Shown here piece by piece: positions 36,583 to 45,269 of a DNA stretch of 64,000 nucleotides; the first letter of the stretch is position 1; the number at the start of each line of letters is the position of its first letter. The notes below the pieces were generated by a model. That model had not been told where the DNA came from. It made no database searches and was given only the letters and a program-made list of their open reading frames with translations. The DNA is from Selaginella moellendorffii (Eukaryota; Plantae; Lycopodiophyta), in NCBI RefSeq assembly GCF_000143415.4, contig NW_003314267.1, positions 296,908 through 360,907 of the forward strand, in the 5' to 3' direction. Position numbers and translations under genes: made by a program.

Positions 36583-38080
36583 CTTGTGCTAAGTTCCCTC
36601 GCCTTGGGTTCTCGCCTATTGTACCAGCTTCTACTTGGTCCTACTTGGTTTCAATTACTCACTGCACGAGCAGTGGAGAGTTAGCCTTCCATCCACGGAT
36701 TCCCAAATCCCTCCCAATCCCCCTCCCCGGGTTAGATTAGACTTAAGGTTCGGCTACACTCCCCGCAGGCAGTCCTAAACCCTAAACCCCGCAGGCACAA
36801 GCAACCAAGCACACCAAGCCTCCAGGTTCCTAACACCCTTTGGTACAACAAGACTTGATCATGGGACCTTTTAAATCTCAAGCCTTGGGTGCAACACTTG
36901 CTTTGGGACATCAGGGCGAAACACCGTGGCCTAACGGCCCGGTATGGCTACCTCTACCCTCCCACTTCCATCCCGAAGGGAAGGCCCAAGCCCCTAGGAA
37001 GGGCGAGGACCAATGAGCCACAAGGTACTCAAGTGGGGCACCACTCCATATGAGTTAGGAGCACCGCAGTCGGTTTCCCTTTTGGGAGTGGGAGCTGCTC
37101 TTGAGCACTTCCCTGGGTGGCCCCTCCGGCACCACCCAAGCCCATGCTCACTCCCACCCAAGGCCCCTTGGCCCCAGTCTCAACCTCAAGTCAGTTTGGA
37201 AGCACCATTAGAGAGTTCCTTCAAGACTGGTTCCTAGACCTCATTATCCCTACTATACTTTTGGAACCCCCTGCAGCCCCCCCGCCCCCCTGGGAGACGC
37301 ACGCTTTGGACTTTCACCCCTTGACCCGTATTAGTATTTGGACTTAGTCTAGAATTCGATCTCGGACTCGATCTCGGACCCGACTTCGGACTCGGTCTCG
37401 GGCTTGATCTCGAGCTCGATCTTGGACCCGATCTCGGACTCGACTTCGGACTCGACCTTGGACTCGGTCTTGGACCCGATTTGGATCTCAGACTCTGTCT
37501 TGAGCTCAGTCTCGAACTCGGTCTCCGATTTGGCCTCGGACTCGATCCCGGACTCGATCTCGAACTCGGTCTCAGAGTCGGTCTTGGACTCGATCTTTGA
37601 CTCGGTCCCATCCAATGAACTCTTTGTCATTTCGGTCATCTTTTGGGGATCCTTTAGCCTACGGCATCTTGGGGAGTCGGTTCCTTACAACTCCACCACC
37701 CATAGATGCCCACATCGAACGTCTCTTTTTATCCTACGACTTGTTGACCATGTCTCCGAAGGCATCCCCCCACTTAGCGGTGTGCCTAAGTTAGCCTCCC
37801 CGGCCAGGAGCCCATGACAACGGAATATAGGTGTCCCTATACCCCTCACCTCACCACACCCTAGTATGGGGTCGGGACTTGAACCCAACCTTGCTTTACT
37901 AGGGGGTTGGGACTCGAACCCAACCTCCATAGAATACGTCTACGGATTCAACATCCCCGTGGGGAGTCGGGCGTAGTGCCCTACGCTTGGTCGACCTAGC
38001 TAACCCATGCTAATTAGCTTACCTTCGGGGCGCCTTCGGGTCCCAACATATGCCATTGCTCAACTTCACAAATTGATATT

Positions 38081-41000
38081 TTAATTGAACTTTGCATAAG
38101 TACATAGAGTTTTGCCTTGCAGAAATTCCTCCACTAAATCTCGTGCGTTCGCTAGGTTCTCCTCCGGTTCCCATGTTGCTTCACAGTGTGGGAATCCTTT
38201 CCACTTCACATGGAACTCTCTCACCTCGCGTCCTTGTCGCTTGCTCTTGTGCGCATTGAGGATGGCCTCGACTTCGTATTCCTCTTCCCCTTGGATAACC
38301 TCAGGTAAAAGTCTTACTTGGTCCTTGCGAAGCAGATCCTCAAAGTACGGCTTGAGTAAGTTCACATGGAACACTAGGTATAGGAAGTCAGAGACGGTAA
38401 ACCACTTTACCGATTCGTGCCTCAATCTCGTAAGGCCCCGCGAATCTGCTTAAGGAACTCAAGATCAATTCATTTACAGGAATACATGCATTTTTACCTT
38501 TGGGTCAACTTCCGGCTGATCCCACTTGGTAGCCTGAGGTTCTTGGTGTTCAGCCACACCTTCTCCCCAGCTTGGAACTCTACATCCCGATGCTTCTGGT
38601 TCGCGTACTTGGTTTGCCTTTGTTGAGCTCGTTCCAAGGAATCCCTCACTAGATTCCAGATGTTGAGTCTTTCCACCGTGAATGCCTCCACTACGGGTAA
38701 CTCTCTATGATACTCGGCCACGCCGAGTTCCACAGGACCTTCAATAGCTCGCCCATTGATGACTTCCCATGGACTCACCCCGATACTCGAATGTAGTGAG
38801 TTGTTATAACACATTTCCGCAAGTCCCAAATGACTTACCCAATTGGTCTAGTCTCCCGAGACATAGCATCGCAAATAATCCTCCAGCTACCTATTCACCC
38901 TTTCCGTTTGTCCATCTGTCAAGAAGCATTAGTGCCATCCAACTTGACTTAATACCCCATACCTGTTTGTGGGTGGTAGGCTATGCTGAATTTCAACTTG
39001 GTGCGATACTGTTCTAGGAGAGTTCTCCAGAACCTACTAGTGAAGATCTTATCTCGATCTGAGATAACTCCTCTAGCCTTCCCCGCACTCGAACCACTTG
39101 TTTGAAGAACAGCTTCGCCACACCTTCCGCATCTACTTCCGTTGTGGTGGGTATGAAATGTGCCATCTTCGAAAATCGGTCCACCACCACGAATATCGCA
39201 TCAAACCCCTCGCTTGGGGGGAGTCCCGTGATAAAGTCCATTGTAAGACATTTCCACAGACGATCTAGAATTGGGATGCTTTGCAACAAGCCCCCACTAG
39301 CCTTAGTCACAGCTTTTACCTGCTAACATGTTGGACATGTCTTTACATAATCTTGGATATCCTTAGCCATATCTGGCTAGTGATACTTCCTGTTGAGTAA
39401 GCCCATCGTCTTGGGCACTCCGCCGTGTCCCACAAGAGGTCCATCATGACACTCTTCTAAGGCTACCTTCCTTAGTTCCCCTTCTGGAACATACACCCTC
39501 GTTTGCTTGTAATAGATGAATCCGTTGCGTTCCGCATAGCCCGTTTTCTCTTCCATTGGCAGCTCACCTCTTTGGTGAGCTTCCCGTGCCTCTAGATTCC
39601 TTAGCAACACTTCTTGTGCTAAACCATCGTTCTCATATGCTGTCCGCACATCATCCCAAAAGGTTGTTGTCTCACTGGATATCGCCAACTTCAAGCTCAC
39701 TTTTCGACTTAGCGCATCTACCATGATGTTGCTCTTCCCAGGCTTGTACAGGATTTCACAATCAAACTCGGCCAAGGCATTGGCCCACCGACCCTTTTTC
39801 CCTCTTAGATCGGGCTGTGACAAGAAGTGTTTCATTGCCACATTGTCCGTGTAAACCTTGAAATGTCTCCCAAGGTAGTGTCGCCACTCCTTGAGTGCCT
39901 TGACCACAGCAAACAGTTCCTTCTCGTGGGCAGGCCACTTCCTTTGAGCCTTGTCCAACTTCTTCGAAAAGAACGCTATTGGATGGTTGTCTTGCTTCAA
40001 AACTGCGCCCAACGCAAAGTCCGAAGCATCCGTTTCTACCTCAAAGTCCTTTCCAAAGTCTGGTAATGCTAACACGGGAGCCTTCCTCAACTTCCCTTTG
40101 AGGTGGACGAATGCCGCCTTGCATTCCGCTGTCTATACCATCTTCCCTTTTCCTGTTTGGTCCGTTAAGGGCAGGGCTACTCTCGAATAGTGTCTGATAA
40201 ACTTTCGGTAGTAGTTGCACAGCCCCAAGAATGCCCTCAACTCAGGTACATTCGATGGTCGCTCCCATTCCTGGATCGCTTGGACCTTCTCCGGGTCCAC
40301 CTTGAGCCCGTCCTGGCCCACCACATGCCTGAGAAACTTTACCTCTTGTTGAGCAAAGTCACATTTGCTCTCTTTAGCATACAATTTGTGTTCCCTTAGT
40401 TTCTCAAACACCTTCGCCAAGTGTTCGGCATGCTCCTCCGCTATAGATCAGGATGTCGTCAATATAGACGACCACGAAGTGATCCAGATAGGGTACAAAG
40501 ATGTGGTTCATCAGCACCGAAAATGTTGCCAGCGCATTACATAGCCCGAAGAGCATCACCAGAAACTCAAAGCTCCCATACCTCGTTCGACAGGTTGTCT
40601 TCTTGACATCTTCCTCGGCTACCCTGATCTGGTAGTATCCTAACCTTAGGTCAATCCTCGAGAAGTATTTTGCCTTTCCTAACTTATCGAATAAGTCCTC
40701 AATCCTTGGTAAAGGGTACTTGTTCTTCTTCGTATATTTGTTGAGCAACCGGTAGTCTATGCACATGCGCATAGATCCATCTTTCTTTTTCACAAATAAC
40801 ACCAGCGCCCCATGCGGCGACTTGCTCAACCTAACATACCCTTTGTCCACCAACTCCTCTAGTTGGCACTTGAGCTCCTTGAGTTCTTTTTCGTTTAAAC
40901 AATACGGGGGACGAACCACCGCCTCAGCACCCTCGACCAACTCAATCTTATGTTCTATCGGTCGTGTGGGGGGCAACCCCACCGATAGCTCCTCCGGCAT

Positions 41001-41290
41001 GGTATCCTGGAATTGGTCCAACACCCGCTGGATCACTAAAGGTACTTCTTCCATTCCTGTCTTTTTGCCACTCTTCACCGAGAGTAAGCACAAAAATGCT
41101 ACCTTAGTTCCTTTAGTGAGTTGTCCTCTCTATAGTCCTCTCGGACTATAGAACCAACTCTATAGTCCTTGGTTCGCTTAGCTGCTGCACCATTAGTCCG
41201 GCTTGCTGGACTATATCTGCAACCACAAAATTATCCGAAGCACCCGTGTCAATTAAAATCTTAACAAAGCTACCTCCGAGCTTCCCTCAG
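38081..41290 (-). pseudogene. pol of chromovirus A: protease, RT, RNase H, integrase, chromodomain (frameshifts and stops)
   Basis: ILIDTGAS; [33 protein letters not shown]; VETDASDFALGAVL; H..H zinc-finger residues, [19 protein letters not shown]; EYEVEAIL..FHVKWKGFPHCEATWEPEENL. Confidence 0.95.
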
Positions 41291-42573
41291 AGGGTTAGTA
41301 GATGTCGCGAACAACTCTCTACCAAAGTTGCTCGTGTAATGAGTAATTTTGAGTTAGGGACTGGATCACATACCTTAGTTTGGACTTCACCCGACTTGAT
41401 GGCCATATTGGCTCTGGCCTTCTTCGGGTAGGGACATTCCCTCGAAAAGTGTCCTGCTTCACCGCAGTTGTAGCATATGTTGTTTCCCACACTGCTATAC
41501 GACTTGACCTTCTTATCCGTGGGTTTGTCTCTTTTCGCTTGACTCCCCCACGTACTTGCTCGCTGGCCACCGGATTTGCCTTTTCGGAACCCCGAGGACT
41601 CATTCTTAGAGAAACTCTTCTTGAATTTCCCTCGGCTATATGTTCCCCTTGGTTTGGCCCCTTTGCTAAATGTGGACCCCGACCCCATCGTGTTTCCCTT
41701 TCGCAGGTTATCGTTGAAATGCACCTTGATGGCCGCATCCAATGCTTCCTTGTAGTTGGTCGAATTCCACTGCATCACCTCACCGCGAGCCCAGGTTTGC
41801 AAACCTGATATGAAGGCATGGAACGCATCTATATCCCCCATGTCCGTGACAAGTATCCTCTTTGCTATAAACCCATTCACATACTCCTGAATGGTTCCGG
41901 TCTGCTTCAGCCTACTTATCTCATCCCTTAGATGCAGAGTAGCATTCGGAGGAACGTAGGTTACGCGAATCCTTGCCTTCATCATTTCCCAAGTGGCCAC
42001 CGGTCCTTCGTTGGCCTCTGTCGTTCTCCACCAAGACTTGGCATTATCTGCCAAGTATGGTTTTGCACATGGGACCTTCTCCGAGCTTGGTAACCGCAAC
42101 GCTCAGAAGTAATCCTCCATATCATAAAACCAATCCTCCACCACCTTATAGTCATTCACTCCCTTGGAGACTGGTGGGGGCTTTGGTTTGTACTTGGGAA
42201 CTGCTTGAGGGACTAATTCCACTTCGGTCTGTTTGACCTTGTTTGGTTCTGCCTCAGTCCCTACCGAAGGGTCCGCACCCTCTGCGCTGCCAGCATCCAC
42301 AGTCTTTCGCTTTTTCTTCCGCTTCTCGTCACGCTTTAACTTGCGTACGAGAGTCTCTAGCAGGGCATTGGTTTGTGCCAATTGTCCTTCTAGAATGTCT
42401 AATTGAGCCTTGGACAACCAAACCTCACCACCGGACTCTTGTTTGGAAGTTGCCTCACTGGAGTCCTCCTCATGCAAGGATTCCTCATCCATAGCCTCTT
42501 GTTCGACCGGAGGCTCCAGCTCTGGAGGAGGTTCCATCTCCATCTTGGTTCGTTTCCGCCCTGCCTTTGCCAT
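41287..42573 (-). pseudogene. gag of chromovirus A (frameshifted)
   Basis: YLADNAKSWW, LKQTGTIQEYV, zinc knuckle CYNCGEAGHFSREC; split over two ORFs. Confidence 0.9.
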
Positions 42574-43616
42574 CTCCCAGCAATCCGCCTCTATCCTTCA
42601 CTAGAACTGAGGAAAAGGCTCCAATACCAAATTGTAAGCCACAAATTTTTCCTTTCCAATTTGCCAGTTTACCTCGTCTATCCAACCAACACTGCCTTGG
42701 CTTGTGCTAAGTTCCTTCGCCAAGGTTCTTGCCTATTGTACCAGCTTCTACTTGGTCCTACTTGGTTTCAGCTACTCACTGCACGAGCAATGGAGAGTTA
42801 GCCTTCCATCCACGGATTCCTAAATCCCTCCCAATCCCCCTCCCCGGGTTAGACTGGACTTAAGGTTCGGCTACACTCCCCGTAGGCACAAGCAGCCAAG
42901 CACACCAAGCCTCTTGGTACAACAAGATTTGATCATGGGACCCTCTAAATCCCAAGCCTTGGGTGCAACACTTGCTTCGGGACATCGGGGCATGGCCTAA
43001 CGGCCCGGTATGGGTACCTCTACCCCCCCCCCCCCCCGGGAGACGCACGCTTTGGGCTTTCACCCCGTGACCCGTATTAGTATTTGGACTTAGTCTAAAA
43101 TTTGATCTCGGACTCGACCTCGAACCCAACTTCGGACCTGACTTCGGACTTGGTCTCAGACTCGATCTTGGACCCGATCTCGGACTCGGTCTCGGACCCG
43201 ATTTGGATCTCGGACTCTGTCTTAAGCTCGGTCTCAAACTCGGTCTCCGATTTGGCCTCGGACTCGATCCCGGACTCGATCTCGAACTCAGTTTCAGAGT
43301 CGGTCTTGGACTCGATCTTCGACTCAGTCCCATCCGATGAACTCTTTGTCATTTCGGTCATGCTTTTGGGGATCCTTTAGCCTATGGCATCTCGGGGAGT
43401 CGGTTCCTTACAATTACTATCATACTTGAGATTGTGAATAGGATCCCCATCCGATGAACTCTTTGTCATTTCGGTCATGCTTTTGATAATATTCCAAATT
43501 ATTGACGATAACCACCGATATAGGGCTAACAGCAGGAGCAAACTGGACCAGCCAGATGTCAATCAACATGTGGTGTGATTCCCCTAGCCAACCAACAGAG
43601 TCGGACCCGAGACCCT

Positions 43617-43821
43617 TCTGATACCAAATGTAAGCTCCTGAGTTTAGACTTCCCGGGAAGTCACCCAGCCCAGTATTATTCTAACCCAAGGACGCTTAAC
43701 CCAAATATCCCAAGACCCTTAACCGATTGAAAAAGGGGGTGCACTCTTGTTCATGGGCCCTTTCCTTTTATATTTGAACCCCATGGACCATCTCTCAAGT
43801 CGTTCTCTTTGGTTGCTTACA
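43617..43821 (-). mobile_element. Cassandra-type TRIM 5' end: 193-bp LTR (43629-43821) with a 5S rRNA-derived block (43647-43701), plus PBS TGGTATCAGA
   Basis: TGTAAG...CTTACA termini. Minus strand GGTTAAGCGTCCTTGGGTTAGAATAATACTGGGCTGGGTGACTTCCCGGGAAGTC aligns ungapped (45/55 by eye) to the plant 5S internal control region. PBS at 43617-43626. Confidence 0.85.
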
Positions 43822-45269
43822 AGGGTTTGGATGAAGTGTATTAGTGATTATTTTTTGTGATGATCCTATCTACCATATTAATATCCCAATCAGCCATGTC
43901 TACATGAGGGGATCTCTTGATGTCAACAGACTTATCTTGGCCTACCAAATGATCAATGCGTAAGTTTTATAATTTCATCTTCAACTCCATTTTAACTTAT
44001 TTTGTCATCTTTAAATATAGGATTGAGCAATTTGTTGTTCAAAAGTAGAATCTTGTCCATAATATCAAACAACTTTATTTTATAGCAGACTTGAGTGATA
44101 ATGACATTTACCAATATTATAATAATGATTTTACAACACTTATTCATGATCTACCCACTATCCCTACTATAAATTTTGAATCCCTCATAGCCCCCTCCCC
44201 CCCCCCCCCCCCCCACCTATTTTGTTGTGCTTGGCTTTTGGATTGATGTAGAAATGTTTTTCATTAGTTTTGCATTACAAAGTTTAGCTTATAGATATGT
44301 TGAAGGAGATATTGCCAACAATTTTTTCTTTGGCATTCACATTAATTCATACAAGACTTATAATCATTATTTGGTGAAACTTGGCTATAGGCTTTTTCAA
44401 ACTTTTGGTTCTTTAAGTTTTATATTCATTATTCTATTTGTTAGAAGTTGTTAGGGAAGGCATTTTTGGTTCATTAACTTTAATGTTGAAGTTAGTATTT
44501 GCATCTAGCAATCATTGGTGATGATTGACTATCATCTAAGATAGTTGATTATTTTTATCAAAATTTTTACTTAATTATTGTTGATATAAAATGATCTACC
44601 GTTCTTCAAAATAGTGGGATCTTCAATGACAATTATGCATCTTTTTATTAATGGAATAATTGATGATCTTTTATGATTGTTAATTTTTTCTTTGATGGTT
44701 TTTGGGTTTTTGCAATACTGCATGTTCTTTATGATTTGCTTTAAATTGGTCTCTTGGGTTTGAAATATCGGTAGGATGTTGCTAATAATTGCTTAAACAA
44801 CTTGAGTTCTTTAATATTGTTGACCAAGATTTATTCAAATTGGTTAATGCGATAGTTAGCATGAACATTGTGTTTATTGGTGTTTGCAACACTTATTGTG
44901 TTTTGTTAATTATTGCTATAGTTAGTTTTAATATATTGAATGTTATTTCCTTTAGATGATACATTCAAGTGCATTTTGCTTGTCAATTGATGATACTTTG
45001 TGTTCCTTAAGTTATCTTATGTAAGTTGTTTAACATACTACTTACATAAGATATAAAGCAATTGAGAGACTTATCACCAGAACATCTTTGTCTACTTGAT
45101 ACTGCCCTAGGTTATTTGAATAACCTCGACCCCCTAGGCCACCAAAGTGCCTAAGGTGGCAAGCCCGAGCTCAACCTCAGGCACTTTGGTGGCTCAGAGG
45201 GCCAAGGTTATTTGAATAACCTTAGCCCCCCGGGCCACCAAAATACCTAAGATGGCAAACACAAACTCA

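Larger units (their letters stand above)
36581..43412 (-). mobile_element. Near-complete, non-functional Ty3/gypsy chromovirus (family A)
   Basis: 5' LTR 42633-43412 (TGTAAG...CTTACA); PBS 42617-42629 (TGGTATTGGAGCC, tRNA-iMet-like); domain order gag-PR-RT-RH-IN-chromodomain; PPT 37690-37701; 3' LTR 36581-37689, missing its last ~60 bp. Confidence 0.95.

Noticed and set aside
37860-38000. tRNA gene or SINE
   Set aside because: Only T-arm/B-box hairpins; no cloverleaf, clear A-box or tail/TSD.
43329-43484. Hammerhead ribozyme (retrozyme) in LTR A around CCGATGA
   Set aside because: The core should be CUGAnGA with a downstream GAAA and compatible stems, which are not present. The copy at 43445-43484 is just a short LTR duplication.
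43647-43701. 5S rRNA gene
   Set aside because: Only ~55 nt of the internal control region, embedded in an LTR; the 5S ends are missing.
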